Assembly: GCA_031549385.1 (NCBI GenBank)
Contig: JAVBPW010000001.1
Location: forward strand, 390,661 to 454,660
Origin: Alphaproteobacteria bacterium
Lineage (GTDB): Bacteria; Pseudomonadota; Alphaproteobacteria; Rs-D84; SZUA-605
DNA length: 64,000 nucleotides
Reading direction: 5' to 3'
Made by a program: the position numbers and the translations under genes. The notes under the pieces were generated by a model. It was not told where the DNA came from and ran no database searches. It worked only from the letters and a program-made list of their open reading frames with translations. Below are positions 8,093 to 17,527 of the stretch, in pieces. Numbering within the stretch: the first letter of the stretch is position 1; each line of letters begins with the position of its first letter.

Positions 8093-8927
8093 AAAACTTC
8101 ACTGGAATATTTTTTGCAACTGAGTCAATCAGTTTCAGTTTTTCCAGTAATGACTTCATGTCTTCCAACCTGATGGAGTTTGGTCCGTCAGATGGAGCAT
8201 TGTCAGGATCGTCATGCGTTTCAAGGAACACACCCGCCATTATTCCTGTAGAAAGCGCGGCACGAGCTAATACTTCCACATGGTCTCTGTTTCCTCCTGT
8301 AGTTGCACCTGCACTGCCCGGTTGTTGGACTGCATGAGTTGCATCAATAATCAGAGGGTAACCAGCGTGACCCATTATGGGAAAGCCTGTTATGTCTACC
8401 ACCAAACCGCCGAAGCCAAATGTAGTTCCCCGTTCAGTGAACATAATATTATCGTTCCCTGTTGAGGCTGCTTTTGCAGCTAAGTTTTGCATCATTTGAG
8501 GGCCTAAAAATTGACCCTTTTTGATGTTAACAACTTTTCCGGTTTCTGCAGCTGCAATCACCAAATCGGTTTGGCGACAAAGAAACGACGGGATTTGCAG
8601 AATATCTGCTACCTGCGCTGCCTTTTCACACTGAATTGTCTCATGCACATCGGTGATTATGGGAAGATTTAATTCTTCCTTAATCCCTTTAAGGATACGT
8701 AATCCTTCTTTCATGCCTACACCTCTTTTTGAGGTGAGGGAAAGCCGGTTTGCTTTGTCGTATGATGATTTGAATATAAGGTTTATATTCAAATCTGTGC
8801 AGACTTTTTTTAGGTGTTCTGCTATCATAAAGCAATGAGCTTCACTTTCAATCTGGCAAGGGCCAGCAATCAATGTGAATGGCAGGTTATTTGCCATTAA
8901 GAAGTTTTTTATTTTAATTGTTTTCAT
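8091..8927 (-). CDS. kdsA: 2-dehydro-3-deoxyphosphooctonate aldolase (KDO-8-phosphate synthase)
   Basis: N-terminus 'ANNLPFTLIAGPCQIES' aligns to the E. coli KdsA 'ANDLPFVLFGGMNVLES'. Length is DAHP/KDO8P-synthase-like. Confidence 0.9.
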   Translation of the reverse strand: MKTIKIKNFLMANNLPFTLIAGPCQIESEAHCFMIAEHLKKVCTDLNINLIFKSSYDKANRLSLTSKRGVGMKEGLRILKGIKEELNLPIITDVHETIQCEKAAQVADILQIPSFLCRQTDLVIAAAETGKVVNIKKGQFLGPQMMQNLAAKAASTGNDNIMFTERGTTFGFGGLVVDITGFPIMGHAGYPLIIDATHAVQQPGSAGATTGGNRDHVEVLARAALSTGIMAGVFLETHDDPDNAPSDGPNSIRLEDMKSLLEKLKLIDSVAKNIPVKF

Positions 8928-9072
8928 GTTTATGTTTAATTTTTAAGTTTATGGCTTTAATATAGTGGAAAAATTATTATTTGTCAATATTTTACAAAAA
9001 TATATTATAATATGAATAAAGTAAAAAAATAACTCTATTTTCATAGAGTTATAATCTATTATAGATTAAATA

Positions 9073-10551
9073 TTACTTTTCTTCCTTTTTCTTTTCTGGT
9101 TTTAAAGTTGGAAAGGCAATAATATCACGTATGTTTTGATTGTTTGTTAGGAACATTATCAATCTGTCTATTCCTATTCCCATTCCGCCTGTTGGAGGCA
9201 TACCATATTCAAGAGCTGTGATGAAATCTTCATCCAAATCCTCAGCTTCATCGTTTCCTGCTTTGGATTGTCTTACTTGGTCTTCCATACGTTCTCTTTG
9301 ATCCCTTGGATCTGTTAATTCAGTGTATGCATTTGATACTTCTTTTCCATTTATTCTTGTTTCAAAGCGTTCTACTAAACGAGGATGTAGGCGATGCTCT
9401 TTTGTTAATGGTGAAATGTCTTTTGGATAGTCTATTACATGAATTGGTTGGATTAGTTTTGGTTCTACTAATTCAAAAATTGCTTCAATTATTTGACCCC
9501 AATTCTTTCCTTCTTCTACAAAAACTTCTAATTCATCTGCTATTTTTCTTACATCTTGGACAGTTGAATCTAATGAAATATCTCTGCCTAAATATTCTTT
9601 TATTAATTCAAACATTGTTGCGCGTCGAAAAGGTGGTTTGAAATTAATTAAATTTTCACCAACTTGAACTTCATATGTGCCATTGAATTTTAGACATAGA
9701 TGGCCTATTAAATCTTCAAGTAATTTCATCATGTCATTATAGTCTGCATATTGTTCGTATAATTCCATCATTGTGAATTCTGGATTGTGTGTTAGGTCTA
9801 TACCTTCGTTTCTAAACATTTTTCCAATTTCGAAAATCTTTTCATATCCACCTATGATTAATCTTTTTAAATATAATTCTGGAGCAATACGCAAAAACAT
9901 ATCCATATCAAGAGTGTTGTGATGTGTTATAAATGGTCTTGCTGCTGCACCTGTTTTTGTTGTTTGTAGGATTGGTGTTTCTACTTCTATGAATCCAAGA
10001 TTAATTAAAAAATTTCTTATTTCTTGAATCATTAAAAAACGAGTCATAAGAGTATCTCTTGTTTCTTTATTTGAAATCATATCTAAATATCTTTGGCGAT
10101 ATTTTACTTCGTGATCTACTAGCCCATGGAATTTTTCAGGTGGTGGTAATAAATTCTTTGAAAGCATTGTTATAGCTTTTGTACGTACTGTTAATTCACC
10201 AGCTTTTGTTTTAGAAATGATACCTTCTACTCCAACTATATCACCCACTGAAATAGATTTTAGTATCTTTTGGTTTAATTCGTCTAAATCATTTTTGTAT
10301 GAAAATATTTGTATCTTTCCTGTTTGGTCTTGCATGTCCATGAACATGCCAGAATTACGATATGCATAAACACGGCCTGCTACTTTTACTACATCAGTTG
10401 TTGTTTCTTCTGGTTGTAAATTTTTATATTTTTCTTGCAAATCACCGGCTTTTGCTGATGGTTTGAAGATATGTGGGTAGGCATTAATATTTAATTCTTC
10501 TAGTTGTGCTAGCTTTTCTAATCTTGAATCTCTTTGTGGGTTTTGGCTCAT
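9073..10551 (-). CDS. lysS: Lysyl-tRNA synthetase, class II
   Basis: 492 aa. N-terminal OB anticodon-binding region and class II motifs ('FRNEGID', 'GGMGIGIDRLIMFLT'). Confidence 0.95.
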   Translation of the reverse strand: MSQNPQRDSRLEKLAQLEELNINAYPHIFKPSAKAGDLQEKYKNLQPEETTTDVVKVAGRVYAYRNSGMFMDMQDQTGKIQIFSYKNDLDELNQKILKSISVGDIVGVEGIISKTKAGELTVRTKAITMLSKNLLPPPEKFHGLVDHEVKYRQRYLDMISNKETRDTLMTRFLMIQEIRNFLINLGFIEVETPILQTTKTGAAARPFITHHNTLDMDMFLRIAPELYLKRLIIGGYEKIFEIGKMFRNEGIDLTHNPEFTMMELYEQYADYNDMMKLLEDLIGHLCLKFNGTYEVQVGENLINFKPPFRRATMFELIKEYLGRDISLDSTVQDVRKIADELEVFVEEGKNWGQIIEAIFELVEPKLIQPIHVIDYPKDISPLTKEHRLHPRLVERFETRINGKEVSNAYTELTDPRDQRERMEDQVRQSKAGNDEAEDLDEDFITALEYGMPPTGGMGIGIDRLIMFLTNNQNIRDIIAFPTLKPEKKKEEK

Positions 10552-10613
10552 TTTTTTCTCCGTTAACTTTTTCTTTTCTATTATATTTGAGGCAATTTAA
10601 AATACAATAAAAA

Positions 10614-10640
10614 AAGCCCATGAAGGGCTTTCTTTTATTT
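10614..10640 (-). terminator. Intrinsic terminator for rpsT (minus strand)
   Basis: AAAGCCCTTCATGGGCTTT hairpin followed by a U-run on the minus strand. Confidence 0.65.
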
Positions 10641-10658
10641 ATCTTAAAAGCCCTGAAA

Positions 10659-10922
10659 TTATTTCATAGATTTTAATTTAGCTGCCATTCTTGCTGTCTT
10701 TCTTGACGCAGTATTCTTTTTTACTAAACTCTTTGAAGAACCTTTTGCAAGTTGACTTTGTGCTTCATTAAAAGCAGATGACGCTTCTTCTTTATTTCCT
10801 GAAGTGAAAGCTGTTTCAAACTTTTTAACAAAAGTTCTTAATGCTGAAATAACACTTTTGTTTGATTGTCTTTTAGCTTCATTTCTTGTTATTCTTTTTT
10901 TTGCAGATTTATGATTTGCCAT
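10659..10922 (-). CDS. rpsT: 30S ribosomal protein S20
   Basis: 'MANHKSAKKRITRNEAKRQSNKS...' is a typical S20. Confidence 0.95.
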   Translation of the reverse strand: MANHKSAKKRITRNEAKRQSNKSVISALRTFVKKFETAFTSGNKEEASSAFNEAQSQLAKGSSKSLVKKNTASRKTARMAAKLKSMK

Positions 10923-10934
10923 AATTAACTCCTA

Positions 10935-11583
10935 TTATTTCTTTGGTTTTGCTGCTTTTGCTGCGGCTGCTGGTGCAGATGATGCTGCAGGAGCTGCTTT
11001 TTCTTCTTCCATTCTTGAAACACGTGATGGGAGTAAGTTTGCAATTGTATAGTTTATTTTTGTGTCATATAACTTTGCACCTTCTGGAAGATTTAGGTCA
11101 AATAATTTTACAGCACTGTTTGCTGCAAGTGGAGCTAAATCAACTATGATTTGATTTACTATTTTATCAGCATCACATAATAATTTTACAGCACGGATAA
11201 TTACATTTAATGTTCCACCTTGTTTTAAAGCTGTGTTCTTATCACGATTTTCAAAAATAACTGGAACAGAAACTTTTACTTTCTTGTCTTTTGAAATTCT
11301 TAAAAAATCTATATGTAATGGAGTATCTTTTACTGGGTGAAATTGTACGTTTTGGCAAATACATGTTTCTTTTTTGCCGTCGCAGTCAATTTCGAAAACT
11401 CTAGTTTTGAAACCAGGTTTTGTTAATTCCATCATTAATGTTTTTGGATCTGTATTGATTAATACAGGATTTGCATTGTTTCCATAAATTACGCCGGGTA
11501 CAAGGTCTGATCTTCTTGCAGCTCTTGCGGCCCCCTTACCAGCTTCTTTACGGACTTGCACTTTTAAGTTTGTTTTATTCATT
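10935..11583 (-). CDS. rplY: 50S ribosomal protein L25, general stress protein Ctc form (long)
   Basis: 'MNKTNLKVQVRKEAGKGAARAARRSDLVPGVIYG' plus an Ala/Lys-rich C-terminal tail. ATG at 11583; the track start at 11627 is extended. Confidence 0.9.
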
Positions 11584-11711
11584 GCTTTGTCCTTTTTTGT
11601 TATTACGAGTGCCTCCAAGGGTGTCACTCAGGAGTGAGATTATGAAGTAGATTTTACTTAAAGTCAAGAAATATCTTGAATTTTTTTACAATTTGCAGTA
11701 ATGTTAGCCCT

Positions 11712-13391
11712 ATGATAGTTAAAGATAAAATATTGAATTTATTTGGGGATTTAGGGCTGGATTTCATTAATATTAGGAAGTCTGATAGACCTGATTTATC
11801 TGATTTTGCATCTACTGATTGCCTACGTATGGCAAAAGTATTAGGAAAAAAGCCTTTAGATATTGCTAATGAAGTTAAGGAAAAAGTGTCTGGATATGAT
11901 GTTTTTGAAAGTTTATCAGTTGATGGACCTGGTTTTTTAAACTTCAAAATGTCTCAAAATTTTTGGATGGATTGTGTAAATGAGCTTGGAGATGGTAACT
12001 TTATTTATAAAGAAGTTAGTCCTCGTAAGATTATTATTGATTATGGTGGACCTAATATTGCTAAACCTTTACATGCTGGACATTTGCGTTCTGCTGTTAT
12101 TGGGGAAGCTTTAAAGAGGATATTAAAAGAGCCTGGAAATGAAGTTATTGCAGATATTCATCTTGGAGATTGGGGTCTTCAAATGGGATTAGTGTTTGTT
12201 GGGTTGGAAGAAGAAGGTTATAATGCTGATGATATAACTATGGATTTACTTAATGATATTTATCCTAAATATTCTAAATTATCGAAAGAAGATGAATCAC
12301 TTTTAAAGAGAGCTCAAAATTATACATATTTACTTCAAGAAGGTGATAAAAAGTTAAAAACTTTGTGGCAAAAATGTTATGATGTATCTGTTGCTGCTAT
12401 TAAAGAAAATTATGAAAAATTAGATATAACTTTTGATCTTTTTTTAGGAGAATCAGATTCAGAAAAAGTGCTTGTTAATTTGGTTAATGAATTGAAGAAA
12501 AAAGAAGAACTTACTTTTTCAGAAGGTGCTTATGTATTAGAAGTTAAGGAAGATAATGATAAAAAAGAAATGCCTCCACTTCTTATTGTAAAGAGTAATG
12601 GAGCTTTTGGATATCATGGTACAGATTTAGCTACAATTAAACAAAGAGAAGATGATTATCATCCAGATGAAATAATTTATGTTACAGATTTTCGTCAAAA
12701 TTTACATTTTGAACAGGTTTTTAGAGCTGCTAAAAAAGTTGGTGTAATTCGTAAAGAAGTTGGTTTAGTTCATGTTGGTTATGGAACTATGAATGGAACA
12801 GATGGAAAGCCATTTAAAACTCGTGATGGTGGGATTCTTCGTTTAGGTGATTTTATTGAGATTGTTAAAAGAGCTGGTCTTTCTAAAATTAAAGAAGATA
12901 AAATATCTGATACTAATGAAAAGAATCAATTAGCATTAGATATTGGTGTTGCCGCACTTAAATTTGGTGATTTATCTAATGTGGCTACTTCTGATTATGT
13001 TTTAGATTTAGATTCTTTTACTTCATTTGAAGGAAAAACTGGACCTTATATTCAATATAGTGCCGTTAGAATTAAATCATTGCTTGAAAAAGTTGGTAAG
13101 GTTTATAGCGAGATAAAATTCTATAATGAATATGATTTGGATTTAGCTAAGGCTATTTTAGAATTTGATGATGCTTTTGTTGAAGCATACCAAAAATTAG
13201 AACCTCATCATATTTGTTTGAAGGCTTATGAAATTGCTCAAAAGTTTAATACATTTTATCACTTCTGTCATATAGTTTCTGAAACTGACGAAGAGAAGAA
13301 AAACTCTTGGGTGGCTTTATCGTCTTTAACTTTAAAAGTATTTGAAAAGTTCGCTGATTTGGTTGGATTTAAAATAGTGGATAAAATGTAA
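11712..13391 (+). CDS. argS: Arginyl-tRNA synthetase
   Basis: 'PNIAKPLHAGHLRSAVIG' HIGH motif and class I ArgRS C-terminus. Start is uncertain: 11676 in the track, or ATG at 11712. Confidence 0.9.
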   Translation: MIVKDKILNLFGDLGLDFINIRKSDRPDLSDFASTDCLRMAKVLGKKPLDIANEVKEKVSGYDVFESLSVDGPGFLNFKMSQNFWMDCVNELGDGNFIYKEVSPRKIIIDYGGPNIAKPLHAGHLRSAVIGEALKRILKEPGNEVIADIHLGDWGLQMGLVFVGLEEEGYNADDITMDLLNDIYPKYSKLSKEDESLLKRAQNYTYLLQEGDKKLKTLWQKCYDVSVAAIKENYEKLDITFDLFLGESDSEKVLVNLVNELKKKEELTFSEGAYVLEVKEDNDKKEMPPLLIVKSNGAFGYHGTDLATIKQREDDYHPDEIIYVTDFRQNLHFEQVFRAAKKVGVIRKEVGLVHVGYGTMNGTDGKPFKTRDGGILRLGDFIEIVKRAGLSKIKEDKISDTNEKNQLALDIGVAALKFGDLSNVATSDYVLDLDSFTSFEGKTGPYIQYSAVRIKSLLEKVGKVYSEIKFYNEYDLDLAKAILEFDDAFVEAYQKLEPHHICLKAYEIAQKFNTFYHFCHIVSETDEEKKNSWVALSSLTLKVFEKFADLVGFKIVDKM

Positions 13392-13903
13392 TGGATTTGA
13401 AAAACATTAAACTTATTGTTGGGCTTGGTAATGTTGGTGATAAATATAAAAATACTCGTCACAACGCTGGTTTTATTCTTGTTGATAATATTCATGATAA
13501 ATATAATGGTTCTGATTGGAAAACTAAATTCAAAGGTGAAATTTCTGATGTTAAAATAGATGGAAATAAAATATACCTCCTAAAACCTTCTACCTATATG
13601 AACTTGTCTGGGGAAAGCGTTTGTGAGGCTGTGAAATTTTTCAAAATAAAAATAGAAGAAGTATTAGTTGTCCATGATGAAATAGATTTAGAATTTGGGC
13701 AAATTAAAATTAAACAAGGTGGTGGAAATGCTGGTCATAATGGACTTAAAAGTATTTCTCAAATTTGTGGAAATGACTATTTTAGATATAGAGTAGGGGT
13801 TGGTCATCCGCGAGATATTATTCCTGGAATGGAAGTTGCTGATTATGTGTTGAGTAAGTTTAGTTTAGAAGAATTGAAAGAAATTAAACAATTGACTTTC
13901 TGA
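13391..13903 (+). CDS. pth: Peptidyl-tRNA hydrolase
   Basis: 'LIVGLGNVGDKYKNTRHNAGF' is the canonical Pth N-terminus. The ATG overlaps the argS stop (TAATG). Confidence 0.95.
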   Translation: MDLKNIKLIVGLGNVGDKYKNTRHNAGFILVDNIHDKYNGSDWKTKFKGEISDVKIDGNKIYLLKPSTYMNLSGESVCEAVKFFKIKIEEVLVVHDEIDLEFGQIKIKQGGGNAGHNGLKSISQICGNDYFRYRVGVGHPRDIIPGMEVADYVLSKFSLEELKEIKQLTF

Positions 13904-13957
13904 GTTCTTAGCATTAGCTTTTAGTTAAAATAAAATTTCAAATTTAAAAAATCGTAT

Positions 13958-14503
13958 ATGGATAAATTAATTAGTAGGGATAAGTTCCCTTTGATGTGTA
14001 TGGTGTTTGCACAAATACCTGAGGTATATTGGTCCGTTTATAAAAAAGGCGTTTACACTTTAAATATTGGCTTTCGACAGTTTGCAAACTGTTTTGACTA
14101 TGAAATAACTGAGGTTGTAAATGACTTTGAGAAACTTACTATATCTGACCTTAAAAGTTGGTACAAAGTTTTTCAAAAAATTGAAGAGGTTGAAGAAATT
14201 GATGTTGATGGAACTACTTTTAGGAAATTTAAAATAGGAAGCGATTTTTTCTATTTTAGGAAATTGTGGCGAAATGTTTTCCTTTTTGCTGTTCCATATT
14301 GCAAATGCTGCCAGCCGGATACTCAATCTGAAGCTTTTAAGACTTCTAATAAACGGCTTAAGTATGAAAGGCTTCGTACTTCTTCATATATGTATGGAGA
14401 TTTTGTGTATGAACATACATCAACAACTTGTCGGAATAGTCCTGTTGGAGGACGAGGGACTAGTTTTTTGGTGGTACGACACAGTTCGTATCATTGTCCG
14501 TAA
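13958..14503 (+). CDS. Hypothetical protein; coding status uncertain, 3' third compositionally atypical (GC-rich, Cys/Arg-rich)
   Basis: 181-aa ORF ending at a plus-strand intrinsic terminator. No recognisable motifs. The GC-rich 14280-14500 stretch was scanned for tmRNA, RNase P and SRP signatures without a match. Confidence 0.3.
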   Translation: MDKLISRDKFPLMCMVFAQIPEVYWSVYKKGVYTLNIGFRQFANCFDYEITEVVNDFEKLTISDLKSWYKVFQKIEEVEEIDVDGTTFRKFKIGSDFFYFRKLWRNVFLFAVPYCKCCQPDTQSEAFKTSNKRLKYERLRTSSYMYGDFVYEHTSTTCRNSPVGGRGTSFLVVRHSSYHCP

Positions 14504-14518
14504 AATGTTATTAATCAA

Positions 14519-14550
14519 TAAGGGGCTTTATGCTCCTTATTTTTTTCTGA
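14519..14550 (+). terminator. Intrinsic terminator (AAGGGGC-UUUAU-GCUCCUU plus U7)
   Basis: 7-bp stem with one G-U pair, followed by ATTTTTTT. Overlaps the 3' end of the convergent minus-strand gene. Confidence 0.6.
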
Positions 14551-14995
14551 AATCATCAAGTGATATGATTTTATCTTCTTCTTGAATGAAACCTAGTTCA
14601 GGGTCTGTTTCATAGTTTGAAAAATCTTTTGTTTCTGGAAGTGAAAATTGTAATGTGAATTTTACACTTGGGTCTGAGAAATTTATTATTGCTTCAAATG
14701 GAACATGTACATAATAATTTTTATTATTAAAACGAAGAGTTACTGCAAATTCTCTTTCAGATACATGTAAGTTTGAAAATTCATATTGTAATACTAATGT
14801 TATAGTGTCTGGATGTTTTGCTAATAAAAATTCTGGGAGTTTTACACCTGGGTGTTGGGTTTTTAAAGTTATGTAAAAATGATGGTTTCCAGGAAGTCCC
14901 TTTTTTTCAATTTCTTTTAATGTTTTTTTTACTACCTCTAGGAGAGCTAGCTCAATCATTTCTTGGTAGTCGATAGTATCATTTTTAATAATCAT
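14537..14995 (-). CDS. SspB-like ClpXP adaptor, alphaproteobacterial type (tentative)
   Basis: 152 aa. 'LPGNHHFYITLKTQHPGVKLPEFL...ITLVLQYEF..L.V.E.EFAVTLRFNNK...VPFEAIINFSDPSVKF' resembles alphaproteobacterial SspB homologues. Called from memory only. Confidence 0.4.
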   Translation of the reverse strand: MIIKNDTIDYQEMIELALLEVVKKTLKEIEKKGLPGNHHFYITLKTQHPGVKLPEFLLAKHPDTITLVLQYEFSNLHVSEREFAVTLRFNNKNYYVHVPFEAIINFSDPSVKFTLQFSLPETKDFSNYETDPELGFIQEEDKIISLDDFRKK

Positions 14996-15094
14996 TTATA
15001 AACTCCATATTGTGGACTGCAAATCATGTTTGTATTAAAAAATCCACTTTATCAGTATCTATAACATAGGAAAGTTTTGGTTTTTTTGCAATGA

Positions 15095-16027
15095 TTATTT
15101 TTTTGATAATGGATGGTATTTCATATAAACTTCTTTTAAATGATTATCTTGAAGTTTTGTGTAAACTTGGGTTGTTGATAAATTAGCATGACCTAATAAT
15201 TCTTGAATAGATCTTAAATCAGCTCCATTTTTTAATAAATGTGTTGCAAATGAATGTCGCAGTGAGTGTGGTGTTATGTCTTCTGGAAGACCAACATGCC
15301 TTCTGATTTTTTCAATTAACCTTTGAATTTGACGTGGGTTTAATTGTTGTCCATTTAAGCCTATAAATACTGGGTCGCCCATAGGGTTTCCATAGGGTTT
15401 TATTCTTATATAATTTTCTACTTCTTGGATTACTTGGTCTATTAATGGAACTAGTCTTTCTTTATCGCCTTTTCCTCGTATTCTTAATATACCAGATGTT
15501 TCTGCACCATACCAATCATTGAATGTTAATTCTAATGCTTCTGAGATACGAAGACCACAGCCATAAAGTAAATATAGAATTGCTTTGTCTCTTGCTGCTA
15601 TCCATGGAGTTTTATCGAATTCTTCTACACTTTTAAAGAAGGCATCTATATCAACTTCTGATACTGTTTTTGATAGTTTCTTTTGTACTTTTGGTGCTTT
15701 AAGAAGTTCTATTTCAGAGTTTTCTGTTTCATATTCATTATACAAAAATCTGTAAAATGTTTTTATAGCTGAAATATTACGGGCTATACTTTGGTTTGAT
15801 AAGTTATTTTCTTTACGGGAAAATAAGAATGAACGAAACTCTGTTATTGTTACTTTTGATAAGCTTTCTGGTGTTACATCTTCATTTGTTGCTTTTTTTA
15901 GGAATATTAGGAAAAATGTTAAATCCCTTACATAGCTTGATGCTGTGTGTTTGGAAAACCTTTTTTCGGCTAGTAAATATCTTTCAAAAGATTTTGTTAA
16001 TTCTTGTATCATGAGTGTATTATACAA
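15095..16027 (-). CDS. Tyrosine site-specific recombinase, XerC/XerD family
   Basis: C-terminal catalytic region 'HSLRHSFATHLLKNGADLRSIQELLGHANLSTTQVYT' carries the R...HxxR...Y signature. Confidence 0.85.
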   Translation of the reverse strand: MYNTLMIQELTKSFERYLLAEKRFSKHTASSYVRDLTFFLIFLKKATNEDVTPESLSKVTITEFRSFLFSRKENNLSNQSIARNISAIKTFYRFLYNEYETENSEIELLKAPKVQKKLSKTVSEVDIDAFFKSVEEFDKTPWIAARDKAILYLLYGCGLRISEALELTFNDWYGAETSGILRIRGKGDKERLVPLIDQVIQEVENYIRIKPYGNPMGDPVFIGLNGQQLNPRQIQRLIEKIRRHVGLPEDITPHSLRHSFATHLLKNGADLRSIQELLGHANLSTTQVYTKLQDNHLKEVYMKYHPLSKK

Positions 16028-16151
16028 CTTTTTATATTAATTTGAAAAGAAGAAAAAGTTTCTAGTAGTGCTTAAAATAAGTTGACATTATTGATTGTTG
16101 CTTTATAGTGGGGAAAGATATTAAAAGTTCAAACTTAAAAAATCAAAAATT

Positions 16152-16706
16152 ATGTTAACAAGAGATGCAATATTGCAACAAGTCATGTTGGGTAATATAG
16201 TTATTACTCCATTTGATGAAAAATGCATTGGAAGCAATTCGTATGATTTGCATCTTTATAAGATGCTTAAGGTTTACGATTGTGCTGAGCTGGATTGCCG
16301 GAAGCAAAATCCTACTATTGAATTTGAAATTCCCGAAGAAGGGTTTGTTTTACAGCCGGGTATTTTATACTTGGGAAGTACTATTGAGTATACTGAAACA
16401 GACTTGCATATTCCGGAAATCAATGGGAAATCTTCCCTCGGCCGGTTGGGGTTGGATATTCATAAGACTGCTGGGTTTGGCGACCTTGGTTTTAGAGGTC
16501 AATGGACTTTGGAAATGGTGGTTGTTCTTCCTCTTCGAATTTACCCTGGTCAGAAGATTGCACAATTGCAATTTGATGTTCCGGTGGGGCCTATTACACA
16601 TTTGTATAGGAATAAACCCGATCAGAAGTATGCAAACCAATCTGGTCCGACGGCTTCAAAAATGCATGAAAACTTTTCAAATGCGGAAAGTAATGGTTTA
16701 GGTTGA
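16152..16706 (+). CDS. dcd: dCTP deaminase
   Basis: 'GKSSLGRLGLDIHKTAGFGDLGFRGQWTLEMV...PGQKIAQLQF' matches Dcd/dUTPase-fold motifs. The gene is noticeably GC-richer than its flanks. Confidence 0.85.
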   Translation: MLTRDAILQQVMLGNIVITPFDEKCIGSNSYDLHLYKMLKVYDCAELDCRKQNPTIEFEIPEEGFVLQPGILYLGSTIEYTETDLHIPEINGKSSLGRLGLDIHKTAGFGDLGFRGQWTLEMVVVLPLRIYPGQKIAQLQFDVPVGPITHLYRNKPDQKYANQSGPTASKMHENFSNAESNGLG

Positions 16707-16731
16707 TTGAAAAATCAACCTATTTTTTTAT
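16701..16731 (+). terminator. Intrinsic terminator (GGTTGATT-GAAA-AATCAACC plus T-run)
   Basis: Perfect 8-bp stem followed by TATTTTTTTATT. Confidence 0.6.
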
Positions 16732-17468
16732 TCTTCGTCATCCATATCTACATCAAAACTTGATGTGTCATTCTTTTTATCTGATTTATATAAATCATTT
16801 ATTTCATAATAACTGTTTTGTTGGTACATTGATTTTGAGGCTTCGTAGAAGTCTATACTTTGCTTTTTCAAGCTTTCTACCGTTTCATAGCTTCTTGCAT
16901 ATGATGTGAATAAGTCTGAGCCTGTTAATACTGTTTCAACAAAAAATGATTTTGGTATTAAGATTGTTGGATCAAGTATTGCATTTAATCCCATTGCAAC
17001 AAAGTCTCTTGTATTTGTTGGTCTTATGAATGGAACTGCTAGATAAGGACCATCTGCTACATTCCACTTTCCAAGTGTTTGGTTGAATCTTTGGCGGTGT
17101 CTTTGAAGGCCTATTTGATCTGCTATTTCAAATGTTCCTGCGAATCCTAGTGTTGAGTTTATTGCAAATCTAGCTACTGTCTTTCCACTTTCTATGAATT
17201 GCAATTGCAAAATGTTATTTACAAAAGTTAGTGGCTCTTCTAAATTTTTAAAGAAATTATTTATGTTATATTGGAATGTTTCTGGGACTATATACAAATA
17301 TCCTCTTACTACTGGGTCTAAAAATGTTTCTTCCATATACATGTTAAATGCAAAAACTTTACGGTTTGTTTTTTCATATGGGTCGTATGTATTATCTGGT
17401 TGAGTTGCAGCACAACCTGATAATATTGAAATAAAAGTTACCAAAGAAAATAGTTTTTTAATTTTCAT
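16728..17468 (-). CDS. mlaA: MlaA/VacJ outer-membrane lipoprotein
   Basis: Lipobox '...ILSGCAAT'. Conserved MlaA core ('FAINSTLGFAGTFEIADQIGL', 'GPYLAVPFIRPTNTRD'). Confidence 0.85.
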   Translation of the reverse strand: MKIKKLFSLVTFISILSGCAATQPDNTYDPYEKTNRKVFAFNMYMEETFLDPVVRGYLYIVPETFQYNINNFFKNLEEPLTFVNNILQLQFIESGKTVARFAINSTLGFAGTFEIADQIGLQRHRQRFNQTLGKWNVADGPYLAVPFIRPTNTRDFVAMGLNAILDPTILIPKSFFVETVLTGSDLFTSYARSYETVESLKKQSIDFYEASKSMYQQNSYYEINDLYKSDKKNDTSSFDVDMDDEE

Positions 17469-17527
17469 TTTATTAATTATAGAAAATATTTCTTAAATTT
17501 CAAAGGTTTTTATGGTATAAGTGGTTT

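Noticed and set aside
9306-9641. 111-aa antisense ORF within lysS
   Set aside because: Leu-rich low-complexity translation antisense to a conserved aaRS gene.
11654-11947. 97-aa minus-strand ORF overlapping the argS 5' end
   Set aside because: It overlaps the well-supported argS N-terminus and the rplY/argS promoter region. No coding features.
14270-14530. Possible tmRNA, RNase P RNA or SRP RNA in the GC-rich stretch (checked both strands; a 'GUCGUACCACCA' resembles a CCA end)
   Set aside because: No T-arm (GGUUCGAAUCC-like), no GGGG 5' acceptor partner, no tag-peptide reading frame ending ...LAA-stop, and no P4 or domain-IV consensus were found. Kept only as 'compositionally odd'.
16213-16701. 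162-aa (+2 frame) and 91-aa (antisense) ORFs inside dcd
   Set aside because: The dcd frame carries the conserved Dcd motifs. The others are frame artefacts of a GC-richer segment.
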